From contig CAYYYL010000003.1 in NCBI GenBank assembly GCA_964475835.1, positions 69,264-133,263 on the forward strand: 64,000 nucleotides of DNA. The letters are read 5' to 3'. This document shows, one piece after another, positions 56,608-64,000 of this stretch. Every line of letters begins with the position of its first letter. The first letter of the stretch is position 1. Both the position numbers and the translations under genes were made by a program. The stretch comes from an uncultured Verrucomicrobiota bacterium (lineage in GTDB: Bacteria; Verrucomicrobiota; Verrucomicrobiia; JABWAM01). A model generated the notes under the pieces. It was given only the letters and a program-made list of their open reading frames with translations. It was not told the DNA's origin and made no database searches.

Positions 56608-57168
56608 ATGCGTTCTCTTTTTACTTTGAAAGGGGATCTCCCGCCCGGAGTCCATCCCTTCCCCACTCTGAAGGGAAAACGGCGGTTTGAGCTCATCAAG
56701 GCCTTCAACATTGTTCTCGGGGCCTACATTCTGATTCACAAGCTTCTCGTTCCCCTCGTCTTGTTTTTCGGGCAAACCACGCGTGTCCATAAACTGCAGC
56801 ACGTTGGATTCTGGTACCTTTTTCATTTCATCCTGGCTTTCTGGCTTTCCCGTCGCACTCCCAAACGGGCATTTGCGATCATTTACACCACATGGTTCGC
56901 CATCGGAATCCTTCCCCCTATGCTCCTTTCCTCCTTCATGACGCAGGGACATTTCGCCATCACCTGGGACACCATCAGCGGGATCCTGACTTATGGAACG
57001 AGCCTTTTTTTTTCTTTTTTTCTACTCTATCGGATGCGAATGCCCACCACAGCCCACCTCTTTGGACTTCAGGAACGCGTGATTCCAAAGTGGGGATATG
57101 CGATTCCCTATTATTTCATCGGACTTTGCGTGGGCATCACCCTTGTCTGGAAAGGCTGGCATGTTTGA
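56608..57168 (+). CDS. Integral membrane protein (about 5 TM), unknown; cbb3-cluster associated
   Basis: Multiple hydrophobic helices. No recognised family. Confidence 0.45.
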   Translation: MRSLFTLKGDLPPGVHPFPTLKGKRRFELIKAFNIVLGAYILIHKLLVPLVLFFGQTTRVHKLQHVGFWYLFHFILAFWLSRRTPKRAFAIIYTTWFAIGILPPMLLSSFMTQGHFAITWDTISGILTYGTSLFFSFFLLYRMRMPTTAHLFGLQERVIPKWGYAIPYYFIGLCVGITLVWKGWHV

Positions 57169-57262
57169 CCTCATCCTCACGTTGTTGCATATCATCCTCC
57201 TCTCGGGAATCGTTCTGGTCTCCGTGCTCGTCCTGAAGCGCAAATACTCCGAAAAACAATGA
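57161..57262 (+). CDS. 33-aa single-TM micro-protein (MFDLILTLLHIILLSGIVLVSVLVLKRKYSEKQ)
   Basis: Hand-translated. Its ATG overlaps the end of the upstream gene by 8 nt, and its TGA overlaps the next ATG (ATGA at 57259-57262). Hydrophobic helix plus basic tail. Confidence 0.3.
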   Translation: MFDLILTLLHIILLSGIVLVSVLVLKRKYSEKQ

Positions 57263-57825
57263 CTCTTCGACTCACCACAGCAGGACTGCTTTTAATGATT
57301 TCCTGCATGGCAGGATACTCCCAGGCGCCCGATCTCCACCGCGGAAAAGAAATCTGGCGGGGGACCTGGCATGAGGTTCCTGTCCGCATTGTTCAAATTC
57401 CGAAAAACCCTCTTGTCCTGACCCCGGTGCGCTGGTGCATTGAGACGCTCGGACCCCATGATTCGAATTATTTTCAATCCCTCGATCCGCTTCAACTGAC
57501 TCCCCAACCAGGAGACCTCTCTGCCCGAGTTGTCGTTCCCCAAACGCTTCCCATCTTTGAGTGGGAAAAAAATCTGGCCGAGTGCCGATACACCTTCGAC
57601 ATGGCGGGGAGATATCAACTTCGCCTCCATTCCGAACCCCCCGTTGTTCTTGATTTCTCCATTGCCCCAGTGACTTATCTGTCGTTTTCCAAGGAGATGA
57701 CCCTCTTCATCGCGGGGTGCTTGGCATTGGGGGCCGTCCTTTTCCTTTTGTGGTACAAATTGCGTCAGCATGAAATTCCCAGCGACCACACACCGACTCC
57801 CTCAACAAGCTGGAGCGACTCATGA
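57259..57825 (+). CDS. Exported protein with C-terminal TM anchor, unknown
   Basis: Signal peptide (LLLMISCMAGYSQA), about 120 aa soluble domain, C-terminal TM (LFIAGCLALGAVLFLLWY). Confidence 0.45.
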   Translation: MTLRLTTAGLLLMISCMAGYSQAPDLHRGKEIWRGTWHEVPVRIVQIPKNPLVLTPVRWCIETLGPHDSNYFQSLDPLQLTPQPGDLSARVVVPQTLPIFEWEKNLAECRYTFDMAGRYQLRLHSEPPVVLDFSIAPVTYLSFSKEMTLFIAGCLALGAVLFLLWYKLRQHEIPSDHTPTPSTSWSDS

Positions 57826-58130
57826 CCCTGCCCCCTGCGTCAAAAAACCCCACTTATTCCCCTGTCCGCCTGGGATTTTTTCTCTCTCTGTTCGTATGTC
57901 TGATCGCTGGGGGAATCGCCATCAAACGCATGGCAGGACACTCTGAGTTCGTCGTCCTCTTTCATCTTCCCGCTGCGGTGTTTCTTGTACTTTCGGGTCT
58001 TGAAGTCCGTAAAAAAACCGTCAGTCATTACGAAAAGGAAATTGAACAGATTCGCGCCCGTTATGAAAACCCCACCCCCCCAGAATCCGGGGGCAAGGAC
58101 ATTTCCCTGGCAAACCCGGTCGTACGGTAA
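57822..58130 (+). CDS. Small two-TM membrane protein, unknown
   Basis: Overlaps the upstream stop (ATGA). Helices LGFFLSLFVCLIAGGIAI and VVLFHLPAAVFLVLSGL. Confidence 0.4.
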   Translation: MTLPPASKNPTYSPVRLGFFLSLFVCLIAGGIAIKRMAGHSEFVVLFHLPAAVFLVLSGLEVRKKTVSHYEKEIEQIRARYENPTPPESGGKDISLANPVVR

Positions 58131-58147
58131 CCCCTGCGGTATTCACC

Positions 58148-58705
58148 CTACCGGGAGTTCGGTTGGGCAAGCGTCATGGGCATGGGGCCATGGGGTTGGC
58201 CGTCCATTGGCGGGGTGGAAAGCGTTGCAGATTTCCTCGTGTGCGATTTTCTAAGCTCAGCGGCCAGTTTTCGTAATCCACCCAATTCTTCCCGGATGGT
58301 CTGAAAACAACGCCCACAAAGGGGCGGTAGTTTGAGCAAAATCATCTCTCGAAATGTTTCATTGATAAACGCTCTGGCAACAGGCCATTCCGCAACTTCG
58401 GGAGATGCATACTTTTGAATCAAATCAACACACACCCCTTCCCCCATGATGAACGCATGAACCATCGCCCCAGGAACCGGAATCGGAACCGCCTGGCAAA
58501 CATGTCCGGGACCACTGACGGCGTGTCCCTTGAGCAAGGCGACCAGATCCTGAAAACACTCCCGGAGCATCTCCTTAAGACTTCCTGAAAGACGAAAAAG
58601 GGTAAATTGCTCATTGAAGGTCAACGAGGACTCCCACTTTAAAAGAAACTCCGCTTCATGGTTCTGAAGAATGGCAGCAAGAAAGGGTCTTGAAAGCCGG
58701 TTCAT
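58148..58705 (-). CDS. Cys-motif putative sensor/regulatory protein, paralog 2 (downstream of rpoN)
   Basis: 185 aa. N-terminus AAILQNHEAEFLLKWES parallels FVRRHQKELLAEWKN in the upstream paralog. C-terminal CGRC. Confidence 0.45.
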   Translation of the reverse strand: MNRLSRPFLAAILQNHEAEFLLKWESSLTFNEQFTLFRLSGSLKEMLRECFQDLVALLKGHAVSGPGHVCQAVPIPVPGAMVHAFIMGEGVCVDLIQKYASPEVAEWPVARAFINETFREMILLKLPPLCGRCFQTIREELGGLRKLAAELRKSHTRKSATLSTPPMDGQPHGPMPMTLAQPNSR

Positions 58706-59274
58706 GAAATTGTCCTCCCGGGTTGATAGACCATGTCTGCCACCTCCGTACGCGCCCCTTCAAGCATGCACGCGCATTCTCCACAATAGTCCGACACATA
58801 GTGCTCAACCAGGCGATCGAACCCTTTGTGAAAGATTTCAAAATACTCCACCGCTTCACCCGGGGAGATTCCCATACCCTCTCCCCCTGATTTTAAAAAG
58901 AAATCCCGAAAAACGGCCTCACCCACTAGAACCACTTCCACCAAAAGGGAAAGGCTCATGCGAAGTCCGGACGCCTTAAACCCCTCAAGCTCATCCCTCA
59001 GAGTGGGTTCACGGATCAACTCTCCCCCCTTGAGAACGGTGATGAGCTGAAATTGAAGGTGCTCTACAAAGAAATCACAAAATTCACCCGCCAGAGCCAC
59101 ATTGGGATGATTATTCCAGGGCCGATTCACAAGAGACCTTCCTGGATTCAAACTGGAAGCCGTGAGCTGGGACTGAAGAGCCGCCTCGCCCCGGTTTTTC
59201 CACTCTGCCAGAAGCTCCTTCTGGTGCCTGCGTACGAACTTAATGAGGTCCGTTTTCATGCCTGCTCTCCGCAT
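58702..59274 (-). CDS. Cys-motif putative sensor/regulatory protein, paralog 1 (downstream of rpoN)
   Basis: 190 aa. C-terminal CGECAC cysteine cluster. Its stop overlaps the start of paralog 2. Confidence 0.45.
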   Translation of the reverse strand: MRRAGMKTDLIKFVRRHQKELLAEWKNRGEAALQSQLTASSLNPGRSLVNRPWNNHPNVALAGEFCDFFVEHLQFQLITVLKGGELIREPTLRDELEGFKASGLRMSLSLLVEVVLVGEAVFRDFFLKSGGEGMGISPGEAVEYFEIFHKGFDRLVEHYVSDYCGECACMLEGARTEVADMVYQPGRTIS

Positions 59275-59429
59275 CAGGGTGAATGGCCCCTATCTATGGG
59301 TAGGCTGAAACGTCAAACTCCGCTTCCCAAATTTTGGCAAATCTTTTACATCCATTACCGGGTTCAAATCCGGTTAAAGGGGAATCCAAAGATTTCAACA
59401 GGCATTCCTATCGTCGGGATCACGATCCG

Positions 59430-60893
59430 CTACTTTGACTTCCGTTGATGCGACGGCAGAATTTTCAATTCTTCGCGATACTTGGCCACGGTACGCCGGG
59501 CAATGGGTATTTTTCGCTCCTTGAGGACATTCATGATGTCCTGATCGGTCAGGGGATGATCGGCAGGCTCGTTGGACACAAGCTCGGCGATGGTGTTCTT
59601 CACCTCGTCTTGACTAATCACTCCGCCATCCGCCAGACGGATTCCCGGGGTAAAGAAATACTTCAATTCATAAATGCCATGGGGGGTCTGCATGTATTTA
59701 TTTGCGATCGCACGACTCACGGTCGTCTCATGCACACCAATCTTCTGCGCAACCTCGGTCATCGTCAGAGGCTTGAGGTAGGATTTTCCCTGATTGAAAA
59801 AATCGAGTTGAACATGAACAATTTCATACGCGATTTTGAGGATCGTTTGCTGACGCTGTTGAATGCTTTTGATCAAAAATCTCGCCGCCCGGATGCGTTC
59901 CCGAACATAGCTCTTCACTTCCTGTCCCTCTTTGTTCTGCCCCAAAATATCCTTGTAGGTATTGCTGATCCGAACCGTCGGGAGCCAGTCATCGTTCATG
60001 ATCACCACCCACTCCTCACCCACCTTTTGAACCGTCATGTCCGCGGTGATATAGCGACTATCCTCGGAACTGAAGCGACTTCCGGGCTGGGGATCGAGCG
60101 TGGCGACCAGGGCGGCCACACGGTGCACCTCGCTTAGTGATACATTCAAAGCTTCAGAGATTTCGGCGTACTTTTTGGCAGCCAGATCATCGATGTGCAG
60201 GGAGACGATCCGATGGGCCAGGGAATCCTCCTTGTGCCCCAGTCGTTCGAGTTGTAACAGCAAGCATTCGCGTAAATCCCTTCCGCCCACCCCGATCGGA
60301 TCGAAGGACTGAATGATCTTCAGGGCCGCATTTACGACTTCAGAATCCCCACCCCCCCAGCTCGCAAGATCCTCGGGGGTTGCGATGAGAAAGCCGCGCT
60401 CATCAATATTCCCCACGATCGTTTCACAAACCTTACGCTGAGCGTCAGGCAGATCCGCAACCTGGACCTGGGCAAGGAGATGCTCTTGAAGCGTATCCCC
60501 CCTTGCCACGGATTCAAAAAAAGTCTGTCGCTGCCGCTCCTCCTCCTGCGTTCTTCGGGTCGGGGCATTATTTTGGGAAAAATAGTCGCGCCACTCCTCG
60601 TCGAGTTGCGACATCTCCTTAAACTCCTCTTCAAAATCATTCTCCTCCTGCGCATCCTCCTCGGCAGATCCCTCCTCGGGAACCACTTCGTCCTGCGACT
60701 CCTCCAAAACGGGGTTTGCGGTCAATTCCTGACGAATCAAGGCGCTCAATTCCATCGCTGGAATCTGCAAAATATGCAGCGATTGCTGCATCTGCGGCGA
60801 AAGGGTTTGCTGAAGACTAAGTCGTTGAACTTGTTGAAGACCTTGAGATGGCATAGGTATTGCTTCAGTCATACATAAGCCAAAAAATGCCAC
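59430..60893 (-). CDS. rpoN: RNA polymerase sigma-54 factor
   Basis: Gln-rich N-terminal region I. Acidic region. C-terminal HTH and RpoN box ARRTVAKYRE. Confidence 0.9.
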   Translation of the reverse strand: MAFFGLCMTEAIPMPSQGLQQVQRLSLQQTLSPQMQQSLHILQIPAMELSALIRQELTANPVLEESQDEVVPEEGSAEEDAQEENDFEEEFKEMSQLDEEWRDYFSQNNAPTRRTQEEERQRQTFFESVARGDTLQEHLLAQVQVADLPDAQRKVCETIVGNIDERGFLIATPEDLASWGGGDSEVVNAALKIIQSFDPIGVGGRDLRECLLLQLERLGHKEDSLAHRIVSLHIDDLAAKKYAEISEALNVSLSEVHRVAALVATLDPQPGSRFSSEDSRYITADMTVQKVGEEWVVIMNDDWLPTVRISNTYKDILGQNKEGQEVKSYVRERIRAARFLIKSIQQRQQTILKIAYEIVHVQLDFFNQGKSYLKPLTMTEVAQKIGVHETTVSRAIANKYMQTPHGIYELKYFFTPGIRLADGGVISQDEVKNTIAELVSNEPADHPLTDQDIMNVLKERKIPIARRTVAKYREELKILPSHQRKSK

Positions 60894-60988
60894 CTGCCAA
60901 GTGACAATGCAGGGAAAGGCACTCTTTTTCCATTTTTTGGACGCACTTCGTGCTTTTCATTCCACTTGTTTTTACCCTAGACAGGACG

Positions 60989-61852
60989 ATGTCCTGTCGG
61001 TTGACGATTTTGGCGAGTGGAAGCAGTGGAAATTGTGCGTTCCTGGAAACAGAAACGACCCGACTTCTTGTCGATGCGGGTCTGAGCGGACGACAGATTG
61101 AGGAACGACTCGGGTCCATCGGAAAATCTCCCGCCGACCTCCACGGAATCCTGGTCACTCACGAGCACAGCGATCACATTCAGGGAATCCGGGTGCTGGC
61201 GGGCCGATATCAGATTCCCGTCTATGCCAACCGAGGAACGAAAGCCGCCATCCTGGATACCATTACCACCAGTTCCCCGCAACGAGCCCAATCCATTCCA
61301 TGGAAAATTTTCGAAGCCGGACAGGCATTCCCTGCAGGCGACTTTGACGTCGAACCCTTTTCCATTCCCCACGACGCCGCCGATCCCGTGGGTTTTCTCC
61401 TACACCACGGAGGCCGTTGCATCGCCTTTCTGACCGATCTGGGGCACGTCACCCAACTCGTACTCGAAAAAGCAAAACAGGCGGACACCCTGGTTCTTGA
61501 GACCAACCATGACATGAAACTTCTTCAGAACGATCCTTATCGTCCCTGGTCGGTCAAACAACGCATCAGCGGCCGCCACGGCCATCTCAGCAATGAAGCC
61601 GCCGCAAAAGCCCTCTCCGACATCATGACGGACCGCATCCGCCACGTCTATCTCTCCCACCTGAGTCGCGACTGCAACTCACCCGCGCTCGCAGAAAACA
61701 CCATCCGGAAAACACTTCAAAAAATCGGTGCCACCTCGGTTCATGTCACGGTGACGTGCCCCCGAACCCCGTGTTCCACCCAGTTCCTGGATCCTCTTTG
61801 TCCGCTTCCATCCGGGACCCTGCCGCTTTTCACCCAACTCCATAGGGTTTAA
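60989..61852 (+). CDS. MBL-fold metallo-hydrolase (YycJ/PhnP-like)
   Basis: Start at the internal ATG (MSCRLTILASGSSGN…). HxHxDH motif (VTHEHSDHIQG). Confidence 0.8.
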   Translation: MSCRLTILASGSSGNCAFLETETTRLLVDAGLSGRQIEERLGSIGKSPADLHGILVTHEHSDHIQGIRVLAGRYQIPVYANRGTKAAILDTITTSSPQRAQSIPWKIFEAGQAFPAGDFDVEPFSIPHDAADPVGFLLHHGGRCIAFLTDLGHVTQLVLEKAKQADTLVLETNHDMKLLQNDPYRPWSVKQRISGRHGHLSNEAAAKALSDIMTDRIRHVYLSHLSRDCNSPALAENTIRKTLQKIGATSVHVTVTCPRTPCSTQFLDPLCPLPSGTLPLFTQLHRV

Positions 61853-61910
61853 TCCGACCCTACCTCCTTATTTGGGAACCTTGCGGTGCAAAGCCGCCCT
61901 TGCCGTATTT

Positions 61911-62714
61911 TCAGCACGCCGTTAAGGCCCTTCGCAAGGCTCTCACATCGTGCGTCCGGATCATCTGGACCCCCTTCTCCAAAGCCTGAAGTTCCACCCG
62001 AAGCGTCGCATCCCCCCTCTCCTCCACCTTCCCTCCAAGGAACGATTTTCGCGACACCCCGATCATGACGGGATGTTCCCCCTGAAATTCACGCAGGTGC
62101 TCCAAAAGAAGCAGGTTCTGTTCCCGGGTCTTGGCGAATCCAATCCCCGGGTCAATCGCGATGCGTTCGAATTCAATCCCTTCCGCCAGGGCGTTTTCCA
62201 CCATCCCTTCCAACTCGGACTGCACCTCCCGGACCACGTGCTCATACGCACACAACGCCTGCATCGTCGCTGATGTTCCCCTGCGATGCATCAAAATCAC
62301 TCCAGCCCCCGAGGAAGCCACCACTCCGGACATCCGAGGGTCGGCAGTCATGCCGCTGATATCATTGACGATCACCGCACCTTCCCGAAGCGCCGCTTCC
62401 GCCACGGCAGCTTTGGTGGTATCCACGGAGATCGGAACTTTCAGCCGATCTCGAAGGCGCCTCAACACGGGAAGTACCCGCAAAAGCTCTTCATTCACGG
62501 AAACGGCATCCGCTCCCGGCCGGGTCGATTCCCCTCCGAGGTCCACAACATCCGCCCCTTCGGCTTCGAGTCGCAAGGCATGGTCTAACGCCACTTCGGG
62601 ATCACAAAACCGCCCTCCATCGGAAAAGGAATCCGGTGTGACATTCAAGATGCCGAAGAGCACCCACCTCCGGGAGGTAAAATCCCAAACCTGATCACGA
62701 AATCGAAATTTCAT
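61911..62714 (-). CDS. folP: Dihydropteroate synthase
   Basis: GILNVTPDSFSDGG, pterin-binding fold, 267 aa. Confidence 0.9.
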   Translation of the reverse strand: MKFRFRDQVWDFTSRRWVLFGILNVTPDSFSDGGRFCDPEVALDHALRLEAEGADVVDLGGESTRPGADAVSVNEELLRVLPVLRRLRDRLKVPISVDTTKAAVAEAALREGAVIVNDISGMTADPRMSGVVASSGAGVILMHRRGTSATMQALCAYEHVVREVQSELEGMVENALAEGIEFERIAIDPGIGFAKTREQNLLLLEHLREFQGEHPVMIGVSRKSFLGGKVEERGDATLRVELQALEKGVQMIRTHDVRALRRALTAC

Positions 62715-62814
62715 TCAAAAGGCAACTTTTAGGGACGTGATTCGAGAAGTCACCTCATAAATAGCCCCCACGTTCATGCTTGTAGCTTAAAGCTTACGGC
62801 TTATAGCTATACAA

Positions 62815-63624
62815 ATGCACCTCCCCGACTGGCTCAACGCGATCATCCTCGGCATCATCGAAGGTCTCACAGAATTCCTCCCCGTCTCCTCCACCGGCCA
62901 CCTCCTCGTCACGGGCCAATGGCTAGGCTTTGATTCCGAAGTGTTCAATGTTTTCATCCAACTGGGGGCGCTTCTGGCGGTCTGGTGGATCTTCCGTCAC
63001 CGCCTGATTCGCATGATTCCCTGGGGCCGCAACGCCTCCCCACAGGACTTCACCCTGGGTCTTCACGTGATCATCGCCTTCTTTCCCGCCGCGCTGGTGG
63101 GATTCTTCACCCACCACTGGATCAAGGACCATCTTTTCGGCGCCCAACCGATCGCCATCGCCATGATCGGGGGCGGTATCACCATCCTGCTCATTGAAAG
63201 CTTCAAGCCCCGGGCTATGATTGATGAACTTCACAAAATCACCCCCTCCCTTGCGCTCATGGTCGGTCTCGGCCAGTGCCTTGCGCTCTACCCCGGGGTC
63301 TCACGCTCCGGGGCCACCATCATGGTGGGACTTCTCATCGGCATGAGCCGCTCGGCAGCCACAGAATTCACCTTTCTCCTCGCCGTCCCGACCATGACCG
63401 CTGCCGGTCTTTATGAGCTCTTCAAATACCGGCACGATCTCTCCTCCCACATGATCGGACTGCTTGGAATCGGGTTCATCGCAGCTTTTGTTTCAGCCTG
63501 GATTGTGGTCAAGTGGTTCATCCAATTTGTACAAAGCCATACCTTTGAAGGGTTCGCCTGGTATCGCATCGTGGCCGGGGCGATCCTGCTTGGCATGATT
63601 TCCAACGGATTCCTTCACGCATGA
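62815..63624 (+). CDS. uppP: Undecaprenyl-diphosphate phosphatase
   Basis: IIEGLTEFLPVSSTGHL…, eight TM helices, 269 aa. Confidence 0.9.
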   Translation: MHLPDWLNAIILGIIEGLTEFLPVSSTGHLLVTGQWLGFDSEVFNVFIQLGALLAVWWIFRHRLIRMIPWGRNASPQDFTLGLHVIIAFFPAALVGFFTHHWIKDHLFGAQPIAIAMIGGGITILLIESFKPRAMIDELHKITPSLALMVGLGQCLALYPGVSRSGATIMVGLLIGMSRSAATEFTFLLAVPTMTAAGLYELFKYRHDLSSHMIGLLGIGFIAAFVSAWIVVKWFIQFVQSHTFEGFAWYRIVAGAILLGMISNGFLHA

Positions 63625-63917
63625 CCCCACGAAACATTCAACAAATTCAAAACGAGTTGGCCATCTCCTGGGACGATGGAACCGAGGACTTCCTCCCTCT
63701 TGAGAAACTACGCCGCTCCTGTCCCTGCGCCGCCTGTTCCGGTGAACAGGATATTCTTGGGAATCAATACAAGGGTAAAAACCTGACCTACGTCCCGGAT
63801 AGTTTTCAGCTCACTCGATTTGAAAAGGTTGGGGGCTACGCCATTCAATGCACCTGGGCGGATGGCCACAATGCCGGAATCTATTCCCATGCCTACCTCA
63901 AAAAACTGGCAGGATGA
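63621..63917 (+). CDS. DUF971-family protein
   Basis: 98 aa. …LRRSCPCAACSGE… is characteristic of the DUF971 fold (the N-terminal domain of gamma-butyrobetaine hydroxylase). Confidence 0.65.
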   Translation: MTPRNIQQIQNELAISWDDGTEDFLPLEKLRRSCPCAACSGEQDILGNQYKGKNLTYVPDSFQLTRFEKVGGYAIQCTWADGHNAGIYSHAYLKKLAG

Positions 63918-63920
63918 CCC

Positions 63921-64000
63921 ATGATTTGGCCGCTTCTCCGCCCCCTGCTCTTTCAATTTTCCCCTGAACGGGCACACCATCTGGCCGTCACGGCCCTTGA
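63921..64000 (+). CDS. pyrD: Dihydroorotate dehydrogenase (quinone), N-terminal fragment; continues beyond the window
   Basis: Hand translation MIWPLLRPLLFQFSPERAHHLAVTAL matches the PyrD class-2 N-terminus (…LFxLDPExAHxL…). Confidence 0.55.
   Translation, partial: MIWPLLRPLLFQFSPERAHHLAVTAL

Noticed and set aside
59357-59374. tRNA-like T-arm ACCGGGTTCAAATCCGGT between rpoN and the downstream paralog
   Set aside because: No D-arm, anticodon arm or acceptor stem could be built around it, and the loop has 8 nt. It is probably a chance hairpin in the intergenic region.
1-64000. CRISPR arrays, rRNA genes, IS elements/transposases, and group II intron or retron RT genes
   Set aside because: The window was scanned for regularly spaced short repeats, rRNA-like conserved blocks, DDE/HUH transposase ORFs and RT motifs (YxDD). 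None was found. The only repeats are the tRNA-derived att repeat, the 41-bp tandem repeat and the palindromic element family.

Overview
Chromosomal segment of about 58-60% GC whose gene content suggests a Verrucomicrobia-like organism. The cues are an H-X9-DG-like pseudopilin, a fused PilM-PilN protein, a TPR-secretin, GTP-dependent PEP carboxykinase and a cbb3 oxidase. Note that the six-frame ORF track uses alternative start codons (TTG/GTG shown as M), so listed starts are approximate. Most of the window is housekeeping: GH9 glycosidase and EPS priming transferase, Nnr-AcpS-PdxJ, YbeY/7TM-HD, GlnD, RNase R, MetK, PurU, PgpA, UvrD, PckG, malic enzyme, CoA-transferase, RpoN, FolP, UppP and a PyrD N-terminus. 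The clearest accessory feature is a ~6.9 kb integrated element (5936-12908) inserted at tRNA-Thr(UGU) with 51-bp direct repeats. It carries a tyrosine integrase, an excisionase-like HTH protein, a C-protein/putative restriction endonuclease/N6A-methyltransferase system, two unknown proteins and a 465-bp non-coding stretch. Other observations worth a second look: (1) a family of GC-rich nested palindromic repeats at four or more intergenic sites; (2) a chemoreceptor with a periplasmic CxxCH (heme-c) sensor domain; (3) a perfect 2 x 41-bp tandem repeat upstream of glnD; (4) a type-IV-pilus-like operon reminiscent of the Akkermansia Amuc_1098-1102 locus; (5) a ccoP-N-O cbb3 operon followed by a chain of translationally coupled small membrane ORFs, including a CcoS-like one; (6) a DUF2892 gene interrupted by an in-frame TAA; (7) tandem paralogous Cys-motif proteins downstream of rpoN. 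No CRISPR array, rRNA or transposase was seen. All calls are from reading the sequence and the ORF translations; no database search was run.
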